Assembly (NCBI GenBank): GCA_965219575.1
Contig: OZ244779.1
Coordinates: 492,769 to 556,768, forward strand
DNA length: 64,000 nt
Direction: 5' to 3'
Origin: Candidatus Oxydemutatoraceae bacterium
GTDB taxonomy: Bacteria > Pseudomonadota > Gammaproteobacteria > Poriferisulfidales > Oxydemutatoraceae
How positions within the stretch are numbered: the stretch's first letter is position 1; each line of letters opens with the position of its first letter. Below are positions 19,791-29,846 of the stretch, piece by piece. Both the position numbers and the translations under genes were made by a program. The notes under the pieces are model-generated. The model made no database searches. It was given only the letters and a program-made list of their open reading frames with translations, and had not been told where the DNA came from.

Positions 19791-19792
19791 TT

Positions 19793-20317
19793 GTGGGACT
19801 GTTGAAAAAGTATCCACGAACTGTAGGGCTGGTACATTCCCCTCCTTTGGAGGGGTGGCAGGCGCAGCCTGACGGGGTGGTCGCTGGGGTCTTGCACAAT
19901 GTCACGCCGATTAACCTACTGGCTTAATCGGCAGCTTTGTTCTGCCCGTAACGCGTTTCGCCTGCACGATTTATACATTCATTCATCCAGTTTATGGAAA
20001 CCAAAACCATACGGCGCAAGCGATTACGGCCGTGCAGAACGGTACTTTTTCAACAGTCCCACATGGGGCTGTTGAAAAAGTATCCACGAACCGTAGGGGC
20101 GGACTAGCATGTCCGCCCGTAGCGCGTTGGTCGGCACAATTTATACATTCATCCACCCGATTTATGGAAACCAAAACCATACGGCGCAAGCGATTACGGC
20201 TGTGCAGAACGGCACTTTAGGGCGGACATGCCAGTCCGCCCCTACAGCGGTTTATAAATATTCACGGCGCAAGCGGTTGAGTTTGAGCGATGCCCGCACT
20301 TTTTCAACAGTCCCACA
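19793..20317. repeat. Two tandem MITE-like modular repeats
   Basis: Each is bounded by GG(G/A)CTGTTGAAAAAGT...ACTTTTTCAACAGTCCC and carries GTAGGGGCGGAC..GTCCGCCC or CCCCTCC..GGAGGGG hairpins. Confidence 0.85.
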
Positions 20318-20347
20318 TTTCTACTTTGGGTTGACATCTACACAATG

Positions 20348-21214
20348 TCACAGCCGTTCGGCTATTTTTTCTATTTCTTTTTGGTTGGATTGTGGGGTTT
20401 GCACTTCAATCGCTTTCCATACGCTCAGGTATCCGATTTGGTCAATGATTTTTTCCAATTTTTTATTGTCAATTTTTTTGTTTTTTTCGAGAAATAGCAA
20501 TAGTCCGCCGAATATGTTTTCCGAACTTATATAGCTTTTCCCGCTATGCATTTTTGCAGAAAACCCAGCATAATATTTTTCATCTAGAATTTTCAGTATA
20601 AGGCTGGGTTCCCTATCTATAATGTTGGACATTTTATCTGCCCACCGCCATCGCCAGTAGGCCTTTCCGAGATGAAAATCATTAAATACGATTCTCGTAC
20701 CTCTTGGTATCGGATTGCACATAGAGCGTAAAACTCTTCTAACACGCTTGTCTATTTTTCCTACCTCGCCGGATGCTAGGGCATTGTCAATCATATAACT
20801 GCCTGTGCCATTTGTATCCTTAGAGTCCGATGCCAAAAAAAGTGGCTGGATCTGATCATTCTCGATCATCTTGATAATCATATAACCCCAGAAATTACAC
20901 TTGCAGGCGACTTCATCGGGTAGCTCCTTAAATGCTTGCCAGATTTTTTCTTGAGTATCATAAGGCGGGTGAATGAATTCTCGCTCGGTAAATTGGTGTG
21001 TAAAATTAACCAGTTGACCATCGCTAGAATTATCCAGCAACTTCTTGTGTTTTAAGTGTCTTAGAAAATCATTTTTTCCCAATTTACAAGCAGCGAGAAA
21101 TTCTCTTTGTTCCTCCGAGCCTTTATTCTTATTCAACTCCTTACCAAAATCCTCCCAGAGCTCTCCATCAAGTATTTTATATTCACTCATCATCGGTTTC
21201 TGTTCTGATTTCAC
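20348..21214 (-). CDS. Hypothetical protein, last gene of the PP-loop/GHKL operon
   Basis: 288 aa, overlaps the upstream gene; FWGYM and LGKAYWRWRW segments; no family recognised with confidence. Confidence 0.7.
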   Translation of the reverse strand: MKSEQKPMMSEYKILDGELWEDFGKELNKNKGSEEQREFLAACKLGKNDFLRHLKHKKLLDNSSDGQLVNFTHQFTEREFIHPPYDTQEKIWQAFKELPDEVACKCNFWGYMIIKMIENDQIQPLFLASDSKDTNGTGSYMIDNALASGEVGKIDKRVRRVLRSMCNPIPRGTRIVFNDFHLGKAYWRWRWADKMSNIIDREPSLILKILDEKYYAGFSAKMHSGKSYISSENIFGGLLLFLEKNKKIDNKKLEKIIDQIGYLSVWKAIEVQTPQSNQKEIEKIAERL

Positions 21215-22049
21215 TTAGAGCGTAGGGATTCATTTTTGTAGATGCCAAACTTGGATCAAAGTCTTCATCCTCCCAGCTTTTTCCTGTTTTATGCTCTAGC
21301 ATTTGCAGGTGATTCAATAGTGCACCACCTATTTGGTTCTCCTCATGATTTAAACTCTGCATATATGCATAGGTTGCGCATAATGCTTGGGTAGCGATAG
21401 CCGAACCCATTGCTTCATCAATGCCATGGGGCTTTTCTTGATGAACTTTTACCAGTTGGTCATAAACATCTTTGCCACAATACAAACGAACAGGGGTCTC
21501 ACCCTCTCCAGCATGTTCCCTGACCTTGACTTCCATCTCACCATCGCCAAGTTCTTTTTTATGGACAAAATCCATTAAATAGAATAAGTCGCCTGTAGAG
21601 AAGGTTAGTTTGGGACCTATAGCAATGCGGGCATGTCTAGGTATGAAGAGAGACTCACCCAGTCTCCAAAAGTTTTTCAATCCCGATGAATCATCCACCG
21701 TAATTTTTGTGTCCTCCGAAGCGATAATGCTGGGCATAATCTCCGGAGCATAAGAAAAGTCTATCGGTATGGTTTGCGCAATAGTTATGGCTCCTTCTTG
21801 CATGGATGAACTACTTTTGTCATATAAGTGATGTTGTCGCTCGGAACTATCCCTGTAAAGCAACCTAACGGAAAACTGCGCTTTACCTTGTTCCAGTAAG
21901 TTTGAAATGAATGAATGACCTTTGAGACTGTGTTTTAAGTATATTTGGTTGTTGTCTTTTTTGGCTTTGACTTCATAAGCAATGGTTTCTATAAAATCAC
22001 TGCTGTCCCTTCTTAAAATCGGAAAATCAAGTATTAGATTATCTAGCAC
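21183..22049 (-). CDS. Hypothetical acidic protein of the PP-loop/GHKL operon
   Basis: 288 aa, beta-rich N-terminus starting FPILRRDSSDF; 21 bp after the GHKL gene. Confidence 0.7.
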   Translation of the reverse strand: MLDNLILDFPILRRDSSDFIETIAYEVKAKKDNNQIYLKHSLKGHSFISNLLEQGKAQFSVRLLYRDSSERQHHLYDKSSSSMQEGAITIAQTIPIDFSYAPEIMPSIIASEDTKITVDDSSGLKNFWRLGESLFIPRHARIAIGPKLTFSTGDLFYLMDFVHKKELGDGEMEVKVREHAGEGETPVRLYCGKDVYDQLVKVHQEKPHGIDEAMGSAIATQALCATYAYMQSLNHEENQIGGALLNHLQMLEHKTGKSWEDEDFDPSLASTKMNPYALSEIRTETDDE

Positions 22050-22070
22050 TTTGGCAACTCCTCGGATTTT

Positions 22071-23915
22071 TTAGCGTCGTTTCAACCCTAGCATGGGTGA
22101 TAAAGCGACTTTCATGTCTCCGATATCATCCGGTTTTTCAATTTCGGCAATCAAGTCGTATTCTCTATCTTTACGCAACGAACCCAATTTGATCTGAGTT
22201 TTACTATCATCGGAAACCTTGATTGTCTCACCGTTCAATTCGGCTGTTATGAAGTCAAGATCAGTGCCTTTTCCCTCATCACTATCTTCTCCTAGACTCA
22301 TTGACAAGTACACATCATCTCTAGCATTTTCTTGTTGTGTGGGAGTAATCCTTAACCGCACTTGCCATTTGCTACCGTTGTCTATATATCTAACGGCAGT
22401 CCTTGACTCTAGTAATCTGGAAATAACGGTTGGTGTGGGGTTTCCATTATCCTCTCTCGGTACTCGTTCTTTTTTCGGTTTGGGCGGTTTCCTTGATTTA
22501 GGAGTGGGACATGCTTCTTTGCTTTGTCTGTCCGATTTTTTGACACCGCTGACATTTTCCTTTGCTTCATTAGGTAGGGTGAATAACGGCAAATCAACAG
22601 AAGTCCGTTCTATCTTTTTTAAATAGCCAGCCTTCATCTCTCTGCTTAATTCTCTCAGTAGCCTTTTCAGCTCTTTCTCATATTCTTTGACAAGTAGACC
22701 TCTCTGCAATCTATTATGATAGGGTCCTTCGGCATTTTTTACTAACTCAAATAATTCTGGAGCATTATGTTTATCAATATCAATAATTGCGGTAAAAGGT
22801 TCAAAATCTGGTTCTTTTCTTAAGTTGTTTACGTCCGTAGATAACATGGAGTCGTGGCGGGCGACGACCATCCCATTCCTAACCAGTATGATAGCGGAAT
22901 TGGTGTTTTTGTCGCTTTTGATGCACACATGGACCTTATCGGAATTACTAAGTGCAATGATTTTTTGCGAACCTTGCTCTTGAAGCGTCTGCCACGCTTG
23001 AAAGACCATTTTGCCTGATAGTATATTGTCTCCCCGTGCTTGTTTAACCTCTTTTTTCCCGCCGATCAGTTGTTCAACTCGGTCATCGGAGATTTCCTTC
23101 GCATCACCGTCCTTATGAATGGTAATGTTTAAACGATCATGAGCGATGGCATGAAAGAAGTTACTAACGATGGCGTATTCGGCATCATCGCTCCAATCTT
23201 CGGACAAGCCCAGAATAGCAACGACCGTGCCGGTATCAAATTCGTGCATCTTGGGTTCGATAAAAGCTGGAGGTTTGCTGAGGTAAGTGAACTTTGGATT
23301 TTTTTCATTCTCGGGCTTCTCCGTTACAATCCTGCCTCTATTGCCTCGTTCAGCGTCTACATCCTGATGTCCGGCTAAAATTGGTGATCCGGTAAATAGT
23401 GTTTTTGGAGTGCCGTTGTCCTTATACTTTGAGGCATAAAGCACATAGCGGAGCGATGAGAGCGAATAGCTCGATAAATTACCCACCCCATAGGAACCGC
23501 CTGACTCTTCATCACCTTTGATACTATGACCTCCTGCCAGCATGCCGTCGAGCCGATCTGGGTTCATTCCCACGCCATTATCGGCAAACATTAGTACTTC
23601 TAGTTCTTTTCTCTTTAAGGCTTCTTTAATTGGCGCAATCCTTTGTTCTACGTTTTTGTTGTAACTTCCCTTATCTTTTACTGTCTTAATGGCTTTATCT
23701 AAGACTTCTCTGTATTTTTCAATATGTGGAATTTCACTTACGGAGATTGTTTCGATGTATATATCTACTTTGCACTTATTGTGTGCTTCTTTGGAAGCAT
23801 CTAGTGCATTTTGCAGTAACTCTCTAATCGGATTCGTGTAGCCTTCTTTTTTATCCGCCAAGTCACTTCCGGTAAATCCTTCCATTTTGCCGAGCCTGAA
23901 ATAAAGTTCTGACAT
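22071..23915 (-). CDS. GHKL-family ATPase
   Basis: N-box RELLQNALDA, G1 DNGVGM, G2 GGSYGVG, G3 GTVV; Pro/Lys linker and beta-rich C-terminal domain. Confidence 0.85.
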   Translation of the reverse strand: MSELYFRLGKMEGFTGSDLADKKEGYTNPIRELLQNALDASKEAHNKCKVDIYIETISVSEIPHIEKYREVLDKAIKTVKDKGSYNKNVEQRIAPIKEALKRKELEVLMFADNGVGMNPDRLDGMLAGGHSIKGDEESGGSYGVGNLSSYSLSSLRYVLYASKYKDNGTPKTLFTGSPILAGHQDVDAERGNRGRIVTEKPENEKNPKFTYLSKPPAFIEPKMHEFDTGTVVAILGLSEDWSDDAEYAIVSNFFHAIAHDRLNITIHKDGDAKEISDDRVEQLIGGKKEVKQARGDNILSGKMVFQAWQTLQEQGSQKIIALSNSDKVHVCIKSDKNTNSAIILVRNGMVVARHDSMLSTDVNNLRKEPDFEPFTAIIDIDKHNAPELFELVKNAEGPYHNRLQRGLLVKEYEKELKRLLRELSREMKAGYLKKIERTSVDLPLFTLPNEAKENVSGVKKSDRQSKEACPTPKSRKPPKPKKERVPREDNGNPTPTVISRLLESRTAVRYIDNGSKWQVRLRITPTQQENARDDVYLSMSLGEDSDEGKGTDLDFITAELNGETIKVSDDSKTQIKLGSLRKDREYDLIAEIEKPDDIGDMKVALSPMLGLKRR

Positions 23916-23927
23916 ACCTTCTCCTAA

Positions 23928-25181
23928 CTAGTCTGTACAATTACAAGGGATATAGCTTTCATCCTCCAGATAATCTGCATCCGTGTTGTCAAACTGATTT
24001 TTGATAGCGGGATAAACCCAGTGATTGGTTGCTCCAAAAAAGCTGATATAAGCCACATTTCTCTTTGATTTGATTGGTCTTTTTTCTGCTTTCAGATCAC
24101 GACTATACTTGCGCTCCATTTCAATCCACCAGTCTATCGATGCGGGCGTGTTATCGGGCATGTTTTGAGATAGTTCACTTTGCGCAATCTGTATCAATTT
24201 CCTTTTACCCTTTAATGGGCAATACACACAGTTCGAGAAAATCCCGTTATCGGGTAGGTCTAAATCAAACGGCTGCTTTTTCCAAAAATCAATGACATCC
24301 TGCTTAGAGATATTATTATCTACTAACGGTGCGTAAATGCTTTCTTTTGGTGGTTGCTCGGTAGGAGATCGCCTTTTTTGGTTTTGCGAGTATGCAATTC
24401 TGTCTCTGATTTTCTCTACTCGGATTTCTTCGTCCTTTCGTATGCCCAAACAGGAAACATACGCGATCGCTTTATCACCGAACAGTTGACCTTTGCCGCC
24501 TAGAACCGAATTTTTGATTGACTCGTTATTCATGCACAACTGGCTTTTCGTAAAGTCTTTCCACATCGCAGCTTCTCTGACAAAGGTTTGTTTTCTGGAA
24601 AACGATTTTTTTGCTAATAAGATATTATCCGGTGTCTTCCCTCCATTGGCTCGGTGATGTCGGATGACTTCTTCTGCGCTCATTTTGGGTTCATTGCCGG
24701 TATGTCCGAGTCGTTCAATCCCCTCTTTCTGTGCCAACCAATCCGATAGAAATTCATTGGTGATCCTGATTTTCAAAGTTTTAGTGCAGATTCTAGACTG
24801 CATGTTGGGCAGAAATCCTGCATGTGAGACCATTTCTTCAAACGCTTCTCCTTGCCAGCGATAGCCGTGTGGGTTGTCCTCACTGAGTGGAAATTCATTG
24901 ACTAAGCGATATGTAGAGTTGCGCATCCATCCATGTCTGCCCGCATCCTCATAGGTTTGATATTCAACCCAGAAAAACGGGATATTATATTTATCCTCGA
25001 CTAACTGTTTCATATTTCTTGTAAATGCGTAGGTCGCCGGGTGCTCTGCAGATGTGTTGTTGAAGACAATCACGTCTCCTCTTTCTGGGCATAATGTGCC
25101 TTGCTTGAGCAGCTCCATCAGCATCATTCCCGATGAGCGGCCACCTGAAAATTTTACGATGTGTGGTTTGTTCATCGGCAA
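23928..25181 (-). CDS. PAPS-reductase-superfamily PP-loop protein, lambda NinC-like, with putative metal/Fe-S cysteines
   Basis: FSGGRSSG, NTSAEHPATY, RICTKTLK, GIRKDE, FWKKQPFDL, NCVYC and terminal PCNCTD. Confidence 0.85.
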   Translation of the reverse strand: MPMNKPHIVKFSGGRSSGMMLMELLKQGTLCPERGDVIVFNNTSAEHPATYAFTRNMKQLVEDKYNIPFFWVEYQTYEDAGRHGWMRNSTYRLVNEFPLSEDNPHGYRWQGEAFEEMVSHAGFLPNMQSRICTKTLKIRITNEFLSDWLAQKEGIERLGHTGNEPKMSAEEVIRHHRANGGKTPDNILLAKKSFSRKQTFVREAAMWKDFTKSQLCMNNESIKNSVLGGKGQLFGDKAIAYVSCLGIRKDEEIRVEKIRDRIAYSQNQKRRSPTEQPPKESIYAPLVDNNISKQDVIDFWKKQPFDLDLPDNGIFSNCVYCPLKGKRKLIQIAQSELSQNMPDNTPASIDWWIEMERKYSRDLKAEKRPIKSKRNVAYISFFGATNHWVYPAIKNQFDNTDADYLEDESYIPCNCTD

Positions 25182-25532
25182 AGTCTATCTTGTGCAGCCG
25201 AGTAAGCTATACACCGTTTCAGCGGCTTCAGTTTGAGTATTTTGCCTTGCATCAGTGGTTTGAGGCCTCTTCGTATAAACTTGCAAGCATTCAAATAATT
25301 GTATCGGAGAAATCGTGATGTGATGATGATATTGCATTAGGAATCTTTTCCAGAATGTTAGTATAAATGTGCTAATCGTAGCACTTTGCGGCAATGTAGT
25401 CAAAGATATAGTTTCTTCGACCTCTGGCAAAATTTACTGTTAATACTGGAGGAAGTTATCTAATTAACTGGAAACTAGTAATATGAAAATGCGCTTCGCC
25501 CGTTTTTTAATTTCTATTGCGCTTCATTTCCG

Positions 25533-26108
25533 CTATTTCTTCACCATTTCCATTTTAGAAGCCTCGATAGCCTCTTCCAGTTTCTCTTTTAACTCGGCGA
25601 TGGCTTGCTTGGTGTTCGCATGATTTTCCTTGAGTATCTTGGCGTGTTCCACAATTGCTTTTTCTGGTTCATCTACGCTTTTCCCTATTTTTTGATACAG
25701 TTGCAGGAGGTCGTTGTTGCGATGTAGCAAATCAATCATACACTTTGAAATGACATAAGTATTGATAATCATTTTGCGCAATTCGTCATCGGCAAGATAA
25801 CCGATAGAGGAAGCGTTGCCATCGTAGATAGTGAAGAAATTCTTGCCCATCGGATAGTGAATAGGAAAAGGCTGGTTTTCGCCTAGTTTTTCTATTTCCT
25901 TCCCGACATTTTCGTAATAACCATCCCATATAATTGTTATCTCGCTATGAATGGCTCGGAGCAGGTTTTCAACCAGTCCTTGTTCTTTTTGCTCGGCTGC
26001 CTTTCGTTGGCGGGATAAACTTACCAGTAGTGCTATTATGGTAAGCGCACTGCCGATTACACCGGCAACAATAGCCATGATAGCGATACCATATAATATG
26101 AATTCCAT
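25533..26108 (-). CDS. Hypothetical protein with N-terminal transmembrane helix
   Basis: 191 aa; AGGAG RBS; hydrophobic residues 1-31 then a helical domain. Confidence 0.65.
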   Translation of the reverse strand: MEFILYGIAIMAIVAGVIGSALTIIALLVSLSRQRKAAEQKEQGLVENLLRAIHSEITIIWDGYYENVGKEIEKLGENQPFPIHYPMGKNFFTIYDGNASSIGYLADDELRKMIINTYVISKCMIDLLHRNNDLLQLYQKIGKSVDEPEKAIVEHAKILKENHANTKQAIAELKEKLEEAIEASKMEMVKK

Positions 26109-26285
26109 GTTTTACTCCTGATTAAGGTGAAGTGGATGTTCCAATGAGAGTTTATTGTATGCTACTTCCGACTTTCCTCAAAGACAACGATCTGCCCGGA
26201 GACAAGCGGTTTAGGTTGTGAACCATCCCTTCAGGCGGAGCCTGCCACCCTCACAGGAGGGAATAGCTGGTCTACAGATTTAGTT

Positions 26286-27476
26286 CTATTCCGGCATGAT
26301 CCTTTTCATAAAGCTGTCAAAGAGAGGGACTGTAAACTCTGTATCTCCATGAGAGGGGCTGTAGATCATTCCTTTTTTTATCAGTTTGTTTCTTAAAGGG
26401 GCTACACTTTGAGGGCTGACCCCTAATTTTTCGGCTATATCTCCTGAGCGATGACTTCCGCCACCGAAAGAGGCTAAAGCTCTAAGGTATTTCTTTTCTT
26501 TGGGCGTGAGCCTGTCAAAGCGCACCCGGAAAAAACCCTCGTCTAAGCGATTCAACGAATGTTTGTTCGCTTTTTTTACAACATCCAAAGTGATTATTTT
26601 TGAGTTGGATAAATTCCAGCATTGGTATCCCCACTCTTGTAAAAAATAAGGGTAGCCTTTTGTTTTGTTAAAGATCTCTTCGAGGGCTTTTTTATCAAAG
26701 CGTACATCAAAGGCTTCGGTAGGTTTTTGAAGGGCTTGAAAGGCAAGTTCTTTTTCAAGAGGTCCGAGATGAGGAAAGTCAAACATTCTTTCTGCATAAG
26801 ACTTTGAAGCCCCTACAAGGCTTAGCAGTTGAGGCAGTCCCGCACCTATCATTATCAGAGGAAGTTGTTTTTGCACGATTCTATGAAAAGCCATAATAAG
26901 CGCGCTGAGTTCTTTTTTTGATAAGTATTGAAGTTCATCTAGTATCAGGACTAAAACTGCATTGTGTTCTTTTATAGCTTCACCGACATGTTCCAAGAGA
27001 ATAGGAACATCGATTTCCAAATCACCGCTATCGGCAGAGCCTTTTTCCGGTTCAATATCTAAATCTAAACTTATTTCAATATCGCCGTACTTTAGCTTCA
27101 GGGATTTCAAAAAGCTCTTAAGTATACGAAAAGCCTTTTTAATTTTTTGACTATTTCCTTTATTTTGAAGGCTAAACAGTAGCTTTTGCAGATGAACGGC
27201 CAAGGTTGTAGAAAAGTGTTTTTTCTCATGAGCTTCTATATAGATGGAGTAGCAGTTGTATTTTTCTACAATGCCGTCAATTTTGTTCAAAAGAACCGTT
27301 TTCCCTACCCCTCTTAAGCCTACTAACAGGAAACTTTTTTCTGATTTTCTGCGGTGGAGTCGGGCTAGGGCGAGACGGGCTTTTTCTAAAATCTCCGAGC
27401 GACCTACCAGTGCCGGCGGAGGGGCTCCTGCGCCCGGAGAAAAGGGGTTTTCTATCTTATGTTCTTCGTAGTCCAT
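26286..27476 (-). CDS. AAA+ ATPase with C-terminal winged helix
   Basis: NPFSPGAG, Walker A GLRGVGKT, Walker B LILDELQ, GYPYFLQ and R..LIKKGMIY. Confidence 0.9.
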   Translation of the reverse strand: MDYEEHKIENPFSPGAGAPPPALVGRSEILEKARLALARLHRRKSEKSFLLVGLRGVGKTVLLNKIDGIVEKYNCYSIYIEAHEKKHFSTTLAVHLQKLLFSLQNKGNSQKIKKAFRILKSFLKSLKLKYGDIEISLDLDIEPEKGSADSGDLEIDVPILLEHVGEAIKEHNAVLVLILDELQYLSKKELSALIMAFHRIVQKQLPLIMIGAGLPQLLSLVGASKSYAERMFDFPHLGPLEKELAFQALQKPTEAFDVRFDKKALEEIFNKTKGYPYFLQEWGYQCWNLSNSKIITLDVVKKANKHSLNRLDEGFFRVRFDRLTPKEKKYLRALASFGGGSHRSGDIAEKLGVSPQSVAPLRNKLIKKGMIYSPSHGDTEFTVPLFDSFMKRIMPE

Positions 27477-27681
27477 AGGTGAAATATACCAAGTTTATCC
27501 GAATATATCAAAATTTTAGTATATTTAGGTAAACTTGGTATATTTTCGGAATGGCAGTAACAGTTTTACGATGCCAGATACATATGGGACCCTGTAAATC
27601 ACTGACACTCACTTAAAATCATCGCTGGTATTCAGGGGAGTTTCCCGATAAACAGAGCAACTAAATAAAGATCACTAACCA

Positions 27682-27798
27682 CTGGGCATTCAAATCGAAC
27701 ATTCCGATGAGTTGGAGACACTGCGTTCCCGTATGGATGCTGCCGATATCACCACATACGGGGATGGTGAAACGACTTGTTGCTATGCTAAATCCGAT
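27682..27798 (+). pseudogene. Fragment of an ArsI/CadI-family (glyoxalase-like) gene
   Basis: LGIQIEHSDELETLRSRMDAA...ETTCCYAKSD; no start and no normal C-terminus. Confidence 0.6.
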
Positions 27799-28007
27799 GA
27801 TGTGACATTCAAGCAATTAAGAGAGCGCATAGAGGGAGGAACTGTTACGTTTTGTTTCTGACGATTGATGCTACAATAATCACCAGTTATTAGTAAGAGA
27901 GGGCTGATATAAAAATAAACCATAGTGCATCGCTAGAGGATTAGTAGAAAACGCAATAACTTGTTTGATTTTTTACCGGCGAGGTACTAATAATCGGAGA
28001 TATAAGA

Positions 28008-28433
28008 ATGAGAACAACTTTTCTGGAGCTTCTATCAAATGATCCTATATTTTAGGGAATTATATACTTAAATACATAAATCACTCTCGCTTCTCTAGCT
28101 TAAAGCGAGTATTTAGTTCCTTATTTGTGGGGTTTTTGTTCTAATGCTTTGTGCGATCAGGGTAGGCTTTAGCAACACCTCTTTTTATCTCCATAGGTTA
28201 TTTATGTATCATTGTGTCACAAAATTAAAATAAATAAAACCTTAAATAACCCCTGATTTATATAGCTTTCATTGATCAGTTATGTATTTAAGTATATAAT
28301 TCCTATATTTTATGGGTTGTTAATAAGTATCATGGCTTTTTACCTTGGCTGTGGTATCGTAAAATTTATAAATGATATCCTAGATCTTGTATGGAAATGC
28401 AAAGACCGAATAAAGAATAAGAACAAAGATTAA
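28008..28433 (+). pseudogene. Small membrane-protein gene interrupted by an IS1595-derived MITE
   Basis: Excising the MITE gives MRTTFLELLSNDPIFYGLLISIMAFYLGCGIVKFINDILDLVWKCKDRIKNKNKD*. Confidence 0.7.
28055..28304. mobile_element. 250-bp non-autonomous IS1595 derivative (MITE)
   Basis: Same ends as 4684-6031 with the transposase deleted; 8-bp target duplication ATATTTTA (28047-28054 / 28305-28312). Confidence 0.9.
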
Positions 28434-28761
28434 TAACTACCGTATTACCTAACTCACTTTGGAGGAAACCAAGTTTACGGACATAAGTTAGATGTCGCCA
28501 TTCTGCCTGCAAAGTTCTTCAGAGAAAGAACGATTATCAGCAACGCTGCCCAGCCCTATCTGCGAAGAACCACTAAGTGTATTCAGTGGTGCTTGGGGGA
28601 TTATGGTATAATTCAAAGAACCTTAGATTAACGAATTTAAGTAATTGAATAGAACTGAAAATAAACGGCTATGAACAGACATTTGAATGACACACATCAG
28701 CAGGAAAGACGCAATGAAAGTGACGTTACCCCATTTTTATTACCATATACAAAGTTAGTTT

Positions 28762-29586
28762 TCATGCTATAGCCTCCGCAAATACACTTGGGGGTTGATA
28801 ACCCAATGCGCTGTGCGGACGCACTTCATTATAATCTATTCGCCAGGCTTCTATAATCTCTCTCGCCTCTTTTATTGAACGAAACCAGAACTGGTTCAGA
28901 CAACCGTCTCGGAACTTGCCGTTGAAACTTTCTACAAAGGCATTCTGGGTCGGTTTGCCGGGTTGGATAAAGTCCAATTCCACCTGCTGATCTCGGCTCC
29001 AGTGGAACATCGCCTTGCATCTAAACTCGGTGCCATTGTCGCAGACGATGCGTGCCGGCTTCACACCGAGCCATTCTATCAATTCGGATAGATAGTTTGC
29101 TACGCGTTGACCGGTGATCGAAACATCAACAATCTGTCCGACACATTCACGGCTGAAGTTATCTACTATGTTCAATACCCGAAAGCATCTGCCGTCGCTA
29201 AACTGGTCATGCACAAAGTCCATTGACCAGCACTCATTCACCGTTGCCGGTGTTTTCGGCACGCCACGCGGATGACACAGCTTCTTGCGCTTCTTGGTTC
29301 TCAATTCGAGCCTGAGCTTCTTATAAAGCCTATAGGTACGCTTCACATTGACGACCCGGCCTTCGCTCTTCAAAAGCGCATGCAACATCTTATAGCCATA
29401 ATGTGGATATTGCTTTGCCTTCTCCAATAACGCAGCTTCCAGTTGACGATCTTTATCGGCTTGGTTGCCCTGATAGCGATATGCAGTGCGACTAATACTG
29501 GCAAGGGCACACGCAGTGCGTTCACTATGCCGACCCGCGCTCACTAGATCTTTGACAATCTGCTTGCGTTGCGCCGGCTTTACCAC
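28762..29586 (-). CDS. IS3 transposase OrfB (DDE)
   Basis: WSMDFVHD, CDNGTEF, PGKPTQNAFVESFNG and RPHSALGY. Confidence 0.95.
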   Translation of the reverse strand: MVKPAQRKQIVKDLVSAGRHSERTACALASISRTAYRYQGNQADKDRQLEAALLEKAKQYPHYGYKMLHALLKSEGRVVNVKRTYRLYKKLRLELRTKKRKKLCHPRGVPKTPATVNECWSMDFVHDQFSDGRCFRVLNIVDNFSRECVGQIVDVSITGQRVANYLSELIEWLGVKPARIVCDNGTEFRCKAMFHWSRDQQVELDFIQPGKPTQNAFVESFNGKFRDGCLNQFWFRSIKEAREIIEAWRIDYNEVRPHSALGYQPPSVFAEAIA

Positions 29587-29846
29587 TTTTTTGATAATAC
29601 CTCCTTAAGTGTTTCACACTGCATCACCGATTCAGCCAATAGCTTCTTGAGCTTGCTATTATCGGCTTCAAGCTCTCGCAGGCGTTTAGCTTCTGCCACT
29701 TCCATGCCATTATACTTGCTGCGCCAGCGATAAAATGTCTGTTCGGCGATGCCTAGATCACGACAGATATCGATTACTTTCATGCCGGCTTCGTTTGACT
29801 TTAATGCCTTAATGATTTGTTCTTCACTAAAACGTTTTCTCTTCAT
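29580..29846 (-). CDS. IS3 transposase OrfA
   Basis: MKRKRFSEEQII...TFYRWRSKY...RLRELEADN.KLKKL; overlaps orfB at an A-rich site. Confidence 0.92.
   Translation of the reverse strand: MKRKRFSEEQIIKALKSNEAGMKVIDICRDLGIAEQTFYRWRSKYNGMEVAEAKRLRELEADNSKLKKLLAESVMQCETLKEVLSKKW

Noticed and set aside
19601-20534. ORFs of 60-140 aa here and at 34418-34859, 60455-61262 and 62892-63281
   Set aside because: They translate repeat modules (recurring peptides such as ILFQQ, YTFIH and PIDLPAQS), not genes
23928-25181. Calling this cysH or dndC
   Set aside because: Motif spacing fits NinC-like proteins; no cys operon or dndB/D/E context
25185-25430. 81-aa ORF as a fifth operon member
   Set aside because: Non-ATG start, no clear RBS, no motifs; cannot be supported
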